The translations under genes were made by a program, and so were the position numbers. The notes under the pieces are model-generated. The model did not search any database. It was given only the letters and a program-made list of their open reading frames with translations, and was not told where the DNA came from. A stretch of DNA of 41,740 nt from Octopus sinensis (lineage: Eukaryota). The stretch spans positions 1 through 41,740 of the forward strand of contig NW_021835241.1 of NCBI RefSeq assembly GCF_006345805.1, read 5' to 3'. Below are positions 22,536 through 36,114 of the stretch, one piece after another (within the stretch, counting starts at the first letter, position 1; each line of letters opens with the position of its first letter).

Positions 22536-22919
22536 AAAAAAAAATTAAGTATAAACATAAATACATAAATAATTTATTTCAGATATTTCACAGAATATTC
22601 CAAAATATACGAAAAATATTTTGGAAAAATTCCTGCATTATTGATATGGTAAAAGAAAAGAAATTTAAAAAAGTTAAAAACAATATCTCCTCATTGTCAA
22701 GTAACATGTTTATAAGATCCCGTTTAAGACGATCGAGCTTCAAGCATAGCAGTTATTAAATCGCAAAATCAATATAATTATGTAATTGCTTGCTGAGGTT
22801 TAATTGCAGAAACATTTCAACTAGAAGAGATCAATATTCTCATTGCTCAGTAATAATTTAATTATTATAAAGATTTAATGCAATTAATCCCAAATTTCAA
22901 TGAGGTTGTTGCTGGTGCT

Positions 22920-23065
22920 GTTATAATAATAATAATAATAATAATATCTATTATTATTTTTATCATTAATATCATTAATAGTATCGATATTAATATCATC
23001 ATCATCCTAATCACCGCCCTCCTCCTCCTCCTCCTCATCGTTATCATCTTCATCATCATCTTTAC
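22920..23065. repeat. (AAT)n/(ATC)n/(CCT)n compound repeat
   Basis: Direct reading. Confidence 0.85.
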
Positions 23066-23160
23066 CATTATTTTACTCATTGAAATGGTGCCTTTCTGGA
23101 GCTCTGTAACGGAATAAAGTTGGTAATATGTATTCATTTTTTTTTTACTTTAGATGTAAA

Positions 23161-23350
23161 AAGGTGAACGGGCGGAATCTGTTAGCACTAGGGGACAAAA
23201 TGCTATGTTCAAAGTTCAAATCCAGCCAGGATTGACTTTACCTGTATTGCTTTCAAGGTCGATAAAATAAATGCCACCCTTTCACTGCCTCGGTGCTATT
23301 GACTAGCTCCCTCCCCACAGGTGTCATCTCTTATGCCTATAATAGAAACG
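23161..23350 (+). mobile_element. Degenerate SINE family B
   Basis: AAGGTGAACGGGCGGAATCTGTTAGCAC head, AGTTCAAATCC B-box-like, GGTCGATAAAATAAA core. Confidence 0.65.
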
Positions 23351-23499
23351 TTTTAATAATATAGGAACTTCCAAGGAGAGATATTGCATAAATTTACATG
23401 TATTATTCTTATACAATTCTTTCATATATTCTTTTGAAAAGGAGCATAGAACTGGGAAGATTTTTTGTGTCGTAATCCCGCATTCTCTCTATTTCAACC

Positions 23500-23800
23500 C
23501 TTGTTACTTTATCGTTTGAATGGTTCACCTGTGTCTTCGAGTATGAGGGCATTGATGTATAAGTTGAAACTGGTATTTAAATAACTCTTTGACATAACGA
23601 ACATTCCATACATTTGACAGAGTGCATCATATATTGACGTGTGATGAAATTTCATTTGGCAAGTGTAGTATATTTTGTCAATAAACAATGTATCATGTAT
23701 CCCATGCGCATATACTATATCATTCGAATATCCTATGAATATCATTCTCACATATCCTCATAAATAAGGCTATTTCGGTGGAATCTATATAGATCAAGAT
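23500..23800 (-). pseudogene. Possible ancient CR1/L2 RT relic
   Basis: Minus-strand peptides LIYIDS and SFNLYINAL lie in the order of the RT motifs IYLDF and LFNIYINDL; heavily decayed. Confidence 0.35.
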
Positions 23801-24899
23801 ATTCAATTTTTATTCATTATAAATCCAGTTTGTGTGCGTCGTTCTCTGAGCGAGCGTGCGCGTGTGTGTACACGTATATGAATACATATATGCTTCTATA
23901 CATACACAGTGAATTTTATTAAAAATTTTCTTCTGCCTTGGTAGTAGTTGGATTAGGCTATAACATTTATGTAAACAACAAGCAATGCCGTAGAGTATAA
24001 TCTCGCTCTCACCCTCTCTGTCCGCGCGCGCGCGTGTGCGCGCGTGTATATATATATGATGTATATTTCTGCACTTATATTACAGATGTTTTGTCGAAGC
24101 TCTGTACTGAAAATTCGATTTGAATGTTCACAATTGTCATTTTCAATGACAATCGTATTTAGCTGATTAAGTTTCATCCGTTTTGTATGTGTTTAGTATA
24201 GTTGGGAGTCTTTTTCTGAGACCTTTTGCGTTGTATGTTCTACAAATATGATTTCCGTTGCTATTTCACAATACACATATGGTGTTCAGTGATAGGAAGT
24301 TTCACCTAATTTAAGTGTGCGAGGATATACTGTCCTATCATTGCGTCTAGCCCTTTACCCAAAGCGCACTGAGAAATCCGTGCCTAAAGTCGATGTAACC
24401 TATTAATGTTTATCATCATGCTGATGGAAACAGCTTCGATAAGTGTAAAATTTAATTACTATAAAATATATAGAACTATAATTTTCATCCTTACACCAAA
24501 CAAAAAAAAACAAAACATCCCGCTGATTTTAGTAGGTCCAAATATAATCTGCACCGATGTAGACCGAAATATAATTCAAACTGCTACTTTGACAACTAGC
24601 AAACATCAAATTTTTCTAAGCAGCAAATTTAATTTACAACGAAATTCTCTTTCAATGTGTTGCAATAATCTCCATTAGTTTTGTTAGACGCTTACTATAA
24701 CGGTTAGATTTTGCGAATTTGTTTCTCTGACTCGGAGGGAAGTATAAAATAATTAAAACCATTTTGTGTTAGCATTCAGTGCATTATCATCAACATTGTC
24801 CAAATTCATGCCAAACACCAAATTTAAGTTATTTTCCATTGCTGGCTTTGGATAATTACACAACACATCATCACAATACTTCATTACACTGTTAACTAT

Positions 24900-25333
24900 A
24901 TATCGGCTTCAAATTTTGGCACAAGTTCAGCAAGTGGTCGGAGTAAGATAATTAAATCGACCTCAGTACCCAAACGTGTTCCTGTTTCATCGACCCCGAA
25001 GCGGATGAAAGGCAGAAATGAATTCAGCAGAATTTTAATTCTGATCGTGAAGACATACGAAATGCTGCTAGGCGTTTTATCCCTCGTGTTAACGGTTCTC
25101 CCTCATCGCCGAGCTATTGTTATCTATATTTTGGCTTCAAATTTTGGCACCTGGCTCCAGCAGCTTTGGAGAGGGTGTAAGCCGATTACGTCGAGCCAGT
25201 GCTCAGCTGTTACTGATTTTATCGATCTCGATAAGATGAAATGTAAAGTCGACCTCAGTAGCATTTGAACTCAGAATGTAAACACTTAACATTTTGCTCG
25301 GCGTGTTAACTATTCTGCCAGTTCGCTGCCTTA
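24900..25333 (-). mobile_element. Two tandem degenerate SINE family B copies (24900-25115 and 25122-25333)
   Basis: Each has a CTTCAAATTTTGGCAC tail, an ATCGA...GATGAAA.G.A core and a TTAAC..TTCT.CC..TCGC head. Confidence 0.8.
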
Positions 25334-25854
25334 TTGCTTACTATGTATTAAAATCCATGTCCATTTGACCAAACACATTTGGAAATTCTCTGTTCCATTA
25401 TTAACACTAAACTACATAAATGTCGCTATTTTGTCACTTAATGAAAATTATAAGATCTTTTCCAACTGCATAAAACGTACCTTATCTGCATATTAAACGT
25501 ATATCATCTTCAAAATTTCTTCATTATATCTGGAAAGTACCATACATTTTCTTTGACAGTCACTTAATATAACGACTAATTGCATATTCCCTTCTACCTA
25601 CTACAAAGCAAATTACAGCTGATAGAAAATTATTTTCATAAATCACAAATTGCCACTACGCCTTCGTCTGATCTGCTCTGTAAGCAGTGTTAACTTCAGT
25701 GAATCAACAATTTAAAATGCATTGTATTTAATACACATTTTTCTGTTTGTCGTGTTTAGATACTCGCCACTGATCACTCTGAGTCATACTTCTAGGGTCA
25801 GGTTTCAGTAAAAGAAAGCACAGTAACATTAAAGTATAAATATAGAATTGTAGT

Positions 25855-26015
25855 ACAACAATGCACCAATATTTATTGGAAAGAGCAGTCGGTAATATAC
25901 GACGCTATAGTAAAGCTTCACTGTGCATATACTAGCAGTAAATATACAGTGAATCTTTACTATAGCGTCGTATATTATCGTCTGCTATTTCCAGTAAATA
26001 TTGGTGCCTTGTTGT
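25855..26015. repeat. 161-bp near-perfect palindrome (MITE-like or hairpin element)
   Basis: 25855-25924 versus the reverse complement of 25946-26015: 6 mismatches in 70 bp, no indels. Confidence 0.95.
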
Positions 26016-27599
26016 TCCACTTTTCTCTCTCTCTCTCTCCATATATATATACACGAAGTGAGGTGTATGCCTGCGAGCATAAGTTTATGTGTGAATATGA
26101 ATACTAGTGTGCGGGTGTAACAAAATTGTTATTTCGCCAACGCATAGAATATCTATCTATAAAACCAATAAGTATCAGACAGAAATAAGCACTATGACAG
26201 ACTAAAACACCAAGAAATGTGATGCCTCACTTCAGCCATAGCACAATGATTGGTGTCAGAGAAAGTATAAAGTTATACAAGTGGATCTGTTAAGATTTAC
26301 TGTACATCATAAAGTATTTAATACATTTTCTTTTGGAAACAGACATTTTAACGTCAATTATCTGCAAACAAAGTCGGTAAGTATTTAAACTATTATTAGT
26401 TTTTCCGAGGTGAAGTTTTATTCCTCACCCATTCGCCTTTCAATAACGTATTATACTGAAACACTTATTACTTCGTCCTGATCTGAATTTAATCATGAGA
26501 ACGATGATCTGCTCACTTGTATTACGGCAATAACTTTATATCGAAATTATATTGCCTGTAAGGTTTTAGTATTCAAATCGATAATGCAGTGGTCAAATAA
26601 AATCGTTGCTATTCAGATAATAATTTACGACGTTGTTTTAATGTTTTTATCAATTTCCCTCTATTAAGGTAAATGGGAAGAAGCTCATAAAGAAGCATAT
26701 CTGTTCTGTTTAGTCCTTCTGTCAGCTTTTGTGCAAGATATATATTCATTTAAGTTAGATACGCCATAAAATTCTTCAGATCATAATATTTTACTTATAT
26801 GATATTAATTTGTTAAATCACGTTTTTAAGATGCTGAGAGAAGAAAGTCGGCCTCTGCCAGATGAAATATGCATAAGCAAAACTGACACAGACAAATTAT
26901 TCAACTAAATTATATTTTGCGATAAAATACGTGGCTGGGGATTTAAACAGAATATATTTGCTTGTGTATAGAGCACTAAATATAAATGAATATATTTACT
27001 GGAAAGCTGCAGGAGAAGGACAATAACGGATTCCTTTTCTTCCTCATTTTATAGAAAGTGCAGAAGCTATGGCAGAGTAGTTCGTGAGTGTGGGGAACGG
27101 AAAGTTGGCTGTAAGATTAAAGACATGGATGAAAGATTTCTCCAGGTTCATCAGAGACATAATAAGTATTGGTTCATGCTATCTATGCTAAAGTTTGAAG
27201 ACGATATACAGAAGACATAATGTTGATAGGAAACTACAATCTCTGCTTGTATATGACTTCTAAACAAACACAAAACCACACACACATATAAAGTGAAGAC
27301 TCTATGGCGTTTAATAATTAAGCGGGATGACATTTGTTTTTTTTTTTGTTTTTGTAGAAATTACTTAATTTCAGTTTACTCTATTTTACGCAGTTGAAAG
27401 TAAGCATCGGCCGAGTACTGGTGCAACATACACACACGCAAACACACAAACACAAACACACAGAGTACCAGGTGTGTACTGGGATCCATATGATCGATTT
27501 ATCTTTTCCCCGAAATTGCTGATCTTGTGGCAAAATTTGAAACCAATATTTCCACTAAAAATATGTTATTTCACAAAACACTTTAAGTTACGCAACAAA

Positions 27600-29800
27600 A
27601 AAAAAGTTTCCCTTTACCTTGATTCTTAGACTATCTTGGCAGCAATGTTTGTCTGACACGATTTCATAATTGCCGCTCATCCAACTGTACTACATATTCC
27701 ATTTCATGGTTATTGTTGACAGAATACGTTATATTCACGACATATATTTCCTCACATTATATGTCAGGTTCTTTTTTTAAACGCCCGACATTGTATACTT
27801 ATCATAAAATGTCTTCATTCCCATTATTGACCATAAAAGAAGAATTTACATTGGATTGCAAATGAAGGCTGCTTTGATTTTCGCTATCAAATATACCAAA
27901 TTTTACGGCCCTTCACTGAATAACAACAATATTACACCGAACGTAACACATTAAGTTCCGGAATTCACATTTTGTTTAAACCAATTCATACACAAAGTAT
28001 CTTCTTTTTCATCGTTTCCTATAATATTCGATATCATTCTTGAATTCTTCATAATTATACGCTTCATAACTGAACTTCATCTATGTTCGTTCCGATAGAA
28101 ATATCAATCTGTACAATGATAGCTTCTGTTTATAGATAATACGGCAGATATTAATGATAAATTGCTATAAATTCAAGACAGCAATAAAGAGATTAAATAT
28201 GAGATTGGATCTTTCATTTTCAGTGAAGAGTATAACATCATCCATGAATGAGACATGCTTGAGCGCAGAAAGATCCTTTCTAGGCATACACTACAATCAT
28301 TTAAAGCTATTCATCAAAGCAATACGGATAAGACGTTCAAACAATGAGTTCCTCCTGTACATTATTCTTTGACCTACTTCAGACTAAGTATTCTTGCAAT
28401 AACCATATGATCCGAATATGGAAAGCATAATAAATAATTCGCCATTTTACCATATGTTATTAAATCTGTTTAATAAATTATATGTGGAAAATGTACTCAA
28501 TGTCGCGACGGTGCAGGAACGAAAGCCATATCAAATAAAGGTTGAAGTCAATCCAAGTCATAGACACACGTGTCGTCTGTCGCTAATTTGCAATAGCTTT
28601 GTGAACTTAAACTTAAGTTAGCATTTTCTTTCTCTACCTCTGCTCTTGAGTTCTCGTTTCTGCTCAGCAGATACTGTGTTATTTTAATGGATAAATACAA
28701 ATAGAAGAAGAAACTGAAACCTTAATTACTAAACATTTACATTCTCTATAGATATGATATTGATTCGTAATTTCGAAATAGAGGTTTATCTATCCACACC
28801 CTTCATTAGTATTGGGGAGAAATCGTTCAACCATCTATTCAGACCTTTACAATTTAAATCTGCTTTGACAGTATAGTCTCATTCTGACTAAGATCGTATA
28901 AATGGTTATACTCACATTTTCTTTTGACGGACTTTATTAAGTCTCAGTTATTGCTAGCTTTCATAGCACTTCTTTCTGGTTACAGCAAAATCCTTTAGCT
29001 TCGACAGGATTTAGGCTAATTGTTTTCCACCATCTAAACTAGTGTTTTTGACTGTGGTTTCTGCATTTTATTTTGTCTTCAAGTAGTAATATATTTATTT
29101 CAGTGATGTTACTTACTCAGAATAATTATTTACTTTTGTAATTTCCTGGAGCATTTGCTGCTTTATTTGCTTCTGTAATATAAGAAACATATTGTCGTTA
29201 TATTTTGGCCTTAATTTTATGCAGAAAATCTACATAATTATAATCGGAATAACAGTAGTTATTTGTGCTCAAACGTTCTAATCGTCTATTGGACAGTAAT
29301 ATATATTTTTTTCTTCTGGTGTACCTCCAGTTTTGCTCTGATTTTCTGTCATACCGAATTAATCTTTATAAAATCAGTTACGTTTCTTCTATTGAATATT
29401 TGTATATTGTAGATGTGACTAAATATGCTTCCTATTTTTAGTTGAGTTTCTAGCCGGAAAAACTTCTTTCTCTCACCTTAATACGCCGTTTCTAATGTTC
29501 TATTGTCAGTAAGCTACTACTAATTATTACGATTGATGCCAGCATTTAAAGTTTGAATATGTGTTTTGCAGCACCGAAATATCTCGTCTGTTCCTGGTAT
29601 CTGGTGGTAGATTGTACACGTTTATTGGTTTGAAAGTTATTTGAAGATTATTGCTTATATTTCTTACTTTTTCATTTATAATTCTCCAGTTTGATCAATT
29701 TAGAATTGACGAATTTCCTTCGTTTGGACTGCACTTTTATTACATCACCATAGAGTGATAATGTGTTCCAAACTATTTTATGGCTATAGACTATAGCTTG
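27600..29800 (-). mobile_element. Very old Dong/R4-like LINE relic (RT region)
   Basis: Minus-strand remnants in the correct RT order: NNFQTNKR (~29600), EQKRELKSRG (~28650), SMTWIDF (WIDF at 28555-28544), RNSL..LI.IAL (~28330), HVSFMDDVILFTENE (FMDD at 28248-28237). Many stops; boundaries approximate. Confidence 0.6.
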
Positions 29801-31210
29801 GTCAGTGAGACAGCGTCATGGTGTCACATTTCTTTTCCCACTCTAGACGAAAGCGGGTTTTCTTTAGGCATTTTCTGTAAACTCGGCACACCAACATAAT
29901 ACTCCTCTCGTATATATTTAAGCATCATCCTAACTTAGTATATTTGAACATTAAGTGGTTGGTATTGTAAGCTCTCTGATAATTTTCAGTTAGCCTTCCT
30001 ATTTGAAATTAAATACGACACTACACAGGATTCATTTTAAGGGTCTTTACTATTTCTAGACTTTAGATTTTGTCTCAAACGGAACAAGTGGAATATGGTT
30101 GTGGTTACATTTGGCATTTATCGTGTCTATAAGCCCAGAACGTCTTTCATGAGTGTTGTTTATATATGTAAAACTCCAGCTACAGTTGTTAAGTATTCTT
30201 GATAATATTTTAAATTAGGTATAATTCTTCGTTTCTTACAACATATTCCTTCAATTATTAATGCCACATGTATTTTCCTTCTATGTGTAACAACCGGAGA
30301 ACAGATTTTTGTAAAAAAAGTGGAAAGAGAATATATCTTACCATGTTTTATGTCATAAGGTTTATGTTCCACGCTCAAATCTGCCAGTTTCCCATTTGCC
30401 ATCATCTCAGAGGTGTCAATAAATTAAATACTAATGAAATCCTGGATTTGCGTTACACGTTAACATTGCAGACAATAAGAGTCCAATGATACAAGTAGCT
30501 AAAATGAAAACCTAATTTAGATATATATTTATCGACTTTTGTATGGCATGACAACCACTTCAAGCTGTTTGCATGGATATAATCGAGTATGTAGCATTGA
30601 AAGATGGAGAGAAGCAAACCTCATTGGTGACATTTGGAAGAGGTAGAGATTATTAGAAAGACCAAATTAATTTAGACGAATGGGTACAAGAAACTTCAAG
30701 CCAAAGAAACAGGAGACCTTAGTTATTTTCATATCAACTTTGGGAACAGACTCCCAGTTGTTTGTTAACATCCAGATATATATTACAACAGACATATAAT
30801 ATGATTATTGCTTTCAAATATTTACATATGAAATATATTCCTTGAATTCGCATACATAGATATAATTCACGTTTACAAACATCGCAGTGAGTGTGGGCAT
30901 GTGATGTGCATATGATTCAAAGCAATGCCCCATCAAGCATGAATAAAGATTTCGTATTCATACTGTGCTTAACTGAGCTTAGCAGAACCTCGATGATGAT
31001 TTCAAAGTATGTTGAAGACATGAATTGAGTTAGAACTATAATTGTTGCAATGAACTAGAAACTCAGTGATGTATCAGATATGTCGAAAGCATTCTTCCAT
31101 TTTACTAGATTGATACACAAGCGACGAGAAAAAGTATCCATTTAATACTCGCATTAATATAATAGACACATCATTTTGTGACAAACATATATTTATATCT
31201 GTATCTTTGT

Positions 31211-31246
31211 ATCTATTTATGTATGCGTTTATCTATCTATCTATCC

Positions 31247-31330
<84 letters not shown>

Positions 31331-31380
31331 GTCTGTCTGTCTGTCTGTCTGTCTGTCATTTATCTACCTAGTTACCTGCC
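31211..31380. repeat. (CTAT)n(CTGT)n microsatellite
   Basis: Direct reading. Confidence 0.95.
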
Positions 31381-31389
31381 AACCTAGTT

Positions 31390-32320
31390 GGACAAAAAAA
31401 GTCAGCAGCAGCAGCTAGGATGTTATCTCCACTGCGATACTGATTCCCAGCAAAATGTATTTTCATGTTGGGGAACAGATGATACTCAGATTGAGGCAAA
31501 TCAGGAGAATATAGAAGCTGACCAACTATTTCGAAGCCACAATCACGCGCAGCAGCCATTGAAACTAAGGACTTGTGTACTGGAACATTCCCCTTATGAA
31601 ACCAGACACCTTTAATCAGTTTTCCTGTGCGCTTGGTCTTAATTGACTTTCGTAACTTGATTGACAAGTTGACATAGTAATCTCCATTGATGGTGTGACC
31701 ATTTTGAAGATAAGCAATAAGCATCCTAAAAAAACTAGCCATCACGCTACCTACAGGTGAAATGCCCTTGACCCTCTTTGGATCAGGTGATGTGGCGGGG
31801 TGGGTGGGTGTGCGTGCACAACATGGATTGTATTTTTGTTCCTCGCCCAAATCGATGAAGCTAACACATCATTGATTAAGAAACATTCAAGGTGACTAGC
31901 TGGATCTGCCTCAAACGATGTCAGATTTTCCTGTGACGTGAGCATCCTGTTGCACCTTTGATTCTATGTCAGAAAACGCTGCACTCAGCGAGCAGCAATG
32001 ATTATGCCTAGTTTATTGTGCAGACTATTCTCAAATTCCTCTCTATAAGGAGAGATGCTACAAGACTTGGCTATTTGACTTATAGCCAATTGCTTGTCAT
32101 CCATCAACATGTAGTGAACATGATCAATGTTTTCCTCGGTGGTGTCCGAACCTTGAAGTATATTCAGTATTCTTCCTTTCACTCCGAAATTCCGCTGCTC
32201 ACTTCTGCACTGATGGTAGAGGTGGAGCATCATCCCGTAGTGAGATAACCACGTCAACGTAAATTTTATTCGGCTGGTACTTGATAAATCCACGATGCCA
32301 AATTTAGTCCCGTAAGAAGT
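31390..32320 (-). mobile_element. Mariner (DD34D-type) transposase pseudogene
   Basis: Minus-strand frames give ...DDAP...SVQK*AAEFR, TTEENIDHVHYMLMDD, ENLTSFEADPA, GHTINGDYY, GNVPVHKS and YSPDLPQSEYHLFPNMK, matching the mariner YSPDLAPSDYHLF motif; frameshifted; TIRs not identified. Confidence 0.9.
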
Positions 32321-32389
32321 GTTAAAAGTATCGCATGTAATATTTCACAGCTCTAGCATCACACTTTTCTAATAAGCCCACCCTGATAT

Positions 32390-32428
<39 letters not shown>

Positions 32429-32431
<3 letters not shown>

Positions 32432-32554
32432 CACCCTTTTCAAGCCTAGCCAGGCTGATGGGCCCGGTTTCTATGGCGTATTTTCCCCCCAGTCCATCGT
32501 AGCGTTACTCAAGAAACGAGTCCGCTGCCCTAACCACTGGGCCATGGCACCTCC
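32429..32554 (-). mobile_element. Internally deleted tRNA-SINE (third family) inserted in (TA)n
   Basis: Minus strand begins GGAGGTGCCATGGCCCAGTGGTTAGGGCAGCGGACTCG (A box TGGCCCAGTGG) and ends GGCTTGAAAAGGGTGC; (TA)n on both sides. Confidence 0.7.
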
Positions 32555-33007
32555 ATATATATATATATATATTATATATATATATATTCGCATATATGAA
32601 ATTCAATCATTATTCCTATTATCTGTAAAATAGCTACGCTACATACGTTAGAATTATACTTACTAAACAATACTTCTTATGCTGCATATAAATAGCAGCT
32701 AAAAGTATTGTAGTTACTTCATTATTGAATATGCATGTAAATTCTGTACATATCTATTAGCTAAGCGTGGGTGGTGTGGGTCTATTTTTTAATAATAAAA
32801 ATCCGAAAGAATATATATCAATATGTGTATGTGGGTGTATGTATGTAGTATATGCATGTATATCAACAAGCTCTACTCAATTACGCTTTTTGTTATTGCG
32901 AACATGAAAATCTACAATAAAGATGAACGTCAGACACAACAAGAAATGAGAATACAAAGAAATACAGGCTTGTGTTATTTTATATATAATGTGTATGTGG
33001 ATATAAA

Positions 33008-33141
<134 letters not shown>

Positions 33142-33384
33142 CATACATATATGGTGTGTGTTTGCGTGTGTGCGTGCCCCTTAGTGTGTATATATATATG
33201 ATGTGAATAAATACATGATTGCGCATCTTCTATATGAAGAAGTAATTATTGTAGAATTTATTCTTCTTTCAGCTACAGTAATTCTATAAAAATATGGATG
33301 CCTTCTATTTAATGTTCAATGCCTCTGTCAGTTGGATAAATCAATAATTTTATGTGTTACGAATTCTATATACACGAGTACATA

Positions 33385-34685
33385 TACAGGGAACGATTGG
33401 TAAATCGTCTCCATTTTATGTTTTTAATTTCGCATATACGCATTGTTTTTTTATTTTTATTTTGTCGACTACTCAAAGTAATAGGGTCAGTTGGGCACCG
33501 TCTTTGAGAAAAGCAGCTCCATGACGCAATTGGCTCTGTCAGAAACTTGGAGACGACATACTGTACTGTCTGGCATTCAGGCCCGGAGTTTCAATATGAA
33601 CGTTTAGAGTGTTTGGATGTCAATCTGAAATCAATGTAGAGGTTTTGGAAAGAGTTGGATGAATCTAATGGTGATTACAAAGGTACGGCAGCTCGGAAAA
33701 CTCGCTCTGATCGTTCTGATAAGAAAAAAACTCCAGAATTTGTTGGTGAGATCCAGACCATGATTGACAAAAATCTCTCCGATTCAATCAGGTCCACCGA
33801 CAAGGACATGGGAATGTCTGAGTTTCTCATCAGGCAGGTAGTGCATGAAGACATTCGGTATTACTCATACAAGGTGAGGGCGGGCCGATTTTTATCTCAA
33901 GCCATCAAGAACAAAGGGAAAGACAGCGCTACGCAGTTTTCGAACAAATTCAAGCAGCCCCTCCAAGAGAACATGCTTTGGTTTATTTGAGATTAGAAGA
34001 AATTTTACCAGGATCAGATGGTGAACACACAGAACAACCATTGGCTTCCCGGGTCCCCAAAGCATATAGCGAGAGTGATAAATTCAATCATTCAGTCAAG
34101 ATCATGATGTCTAGATATCAACATTATGCATCCATTCATCTTCCCACATGGCCTCGGACTCAAAACGGAGGCCTACACCAAAAGCCTGGAGTAGTCAGTG
34201 CTGCTCTGTGACAAGAATGTGACAGCTGGAAGACCCTATCTCTGGCAATATGACTCTTCACCATGCCACACAAGCAAGAGAACCTTATCATGGCTGTCAA
34301 ACAGTTTCTGCGAACACATCAGCCCTAAAATCTAGCAACCTAACTCCCCAGATTGCAACGCCCTTGATTATTAAATGTAGGTCACCCTTGGGCGAGATAC
34401 CAACAAAACTCATTGTAATACCGATGATGAACTGAAGGCAAGGAATTTAGCAACGATCACTAGCTTAAAGAAGGAGACCGATCAGAAGAGTTGCAGGAGA
34501 TTCAGAATAAGTCTAGTGGCCGTGGTTGAAGCCAATGGCGATTTTATTCAATAAATTTACTCTTCAGTTATTTAAAAATATTTTAATGTAATTTTCGTAA
34601 ACATATCTCTTAAAATGAGATGTTAGTGTTATTTTCATTTATGCGTGACTTAGACGACAATTTAATCACATTTTGTGAGTGTACA
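33385..34685 (+). mobile_element. Tc1/mariner superfamily element, maT/DD37D-like, decayed
   Basis: ATG at 33521; remnants DESNGDYKGTAARK..RSD, IRQVVHEDIRYYSYK, NFYQDQMVNTQNN, DS.PCHTS, PNSPDCN.LDY, LVAVVEANGDF. Left end TACAGGG...TAAATCGTCTCCA with a partial inverse match TTAGACGACAATTTA at ~34650-34664. Confidence 0.85.
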
Positions 34686-34759
34686 CACACGTACACACAA
34701 ACATATACACACACACACATACACACAAACACATACACACACACATATATGTATGCATG

Positions 34760-34795
<36 letters not shown>

Positions 34796-35232
34796 CGTGT
34801 GCATATACACACGTGTGTGTTTGTGTATATGTGTGTGAAACGAGAGGAAATAACGTGGTTTCAACTAGTCTGCAAACCTGTACGTTTGTGGGTTTGTATA
34901 TGTACTCTCCTAAGTGTGTACTTGGGTATATAGCTGGGCTTGTTATTTACGAAGAAAAGTGCAATACCTTACGACGCATTGTTTTGTTAACCCTAAAATA
35001 TCCAACTCTCTTCGATATTCATTAGCAATTGGCTCGCCCGTCTTCCTTGCCCTAAGTTTAGTAAACCGCGGCACATGTTCCCATATACAGGCTGGCGACT
35101 GACAGCGAATATCGTTAACGACTGATCGCATTTTTGTTATCTTATATACATACACATCTAAATACATACACTTTATTTCATACTTGTTTTTAAGAAGTTA
35201 GTGATGGATTATTAGAAGACATTATTTATAGT

Positions 35233-35474
35233 CTTTTATTCTTTATTTCTTTTGCTGGAGTACCGTATTTAGTTGAAGAATTCGACCGCGGCACTTATTT
35301 CTTGTAAGCTTAGCACTTATTCTATCGGCATCTTTTGCTGAACCGCTAAATTAATGGGGGCGAAAACACACCACACTCGGTTACGAAACTATGGTGAGTA
35401 GTACAGAGACGCACAAATACATACACACACATATACATACATATACATACATACATATACATACATACACACAC

Positions 35475-35538
<64 letters not shown>

Positions 35539-35704
35539 TGCAGGACAGGTTTCATTCAGTTTCCGTCCACGAAATCCACTCGCATGGCTTTGGTCAGCCC
35601 GAGGCTATATTAGAAGACACTTGCCCAAAGTGCTACGTAGTGGGACTGAACCTGGAACCATGTGGTCGGGAAGCAAGCTTCTTACCACACAGTCGTGCCT
35701 GCGC
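35233..35704 (-). mobile_element. SINE family A, diverged full-length copy
   Basis: Reverse complement of the family A head and core at 35540-35704, internal microsatellite, second half at 35233-35400. Confidence 0.85.
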
Positions 35705-35744
35705 GTATTTATTTTATTTAAATAACACAAAACAAAAAAAATTA

Positions 35745-35905
35745 GGCGCAGGCGTGGCTGTATTGTAAGTAGCTTGCTTCCCAACTTACAAGTTGTAACA
35801 AAATAAAAAAAAAGGGCTTCGGATCGATTCATTCGATCAAAAGATCTTCAAGCTTGTACGCCAGCATACCCCTGTCTAAAGACTGAAAAAAGAAAAAGAG
35901 ATAAA
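35745..35905 (+). mobile_element. Internally deleted SINE family A (head plus tail)
   Basis: GGCGCAGGCGTGGCTGTATTGTAAGTAGCTTGCTTCCCAAC head; degenerate CCAGCAT...GACTGAAA tail. Confidence 0.65.
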
Positions 35906-35918
35906 AAATGTAAATGAA

Positions 35919-36081
35919 GGCGCAGGAGTTGTTGTGTGGTAAGTAGCTTGTTTACCAACCACATGGTTCTGGGTTCAGTCCCACTGCGTGGCACCTTGGG
36001 CAAGTGTCTTCTACTATAGCCTCGGGCCGACCAAAGCCTTGTGAGTGGATTTGGTAGATGGAAACTGAAAGAAGCCTGTCG

Positions 36082-36114
<33 letters not shown>

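Noticed and set aside
26343-26376. Possible 34-nt micro-exon (TTTTCTTTTGGAAACAG ... CG/GTAAGT)
   Set aside because: Such signal pairs are expected by chance in 42 kb of AT-rich DNA, and no partner exons or recognisable peptide were found.
27040-27220. Acceptor-like polypyrimidine tract followed by a ~55-codon open frame
   Set aside because: Another frame reads GKLAVRLKTWMKDF, resembling CR1 RT (GKLLxWIKDFL), so a decayed LINE is more likely; too weak to annotate either way.
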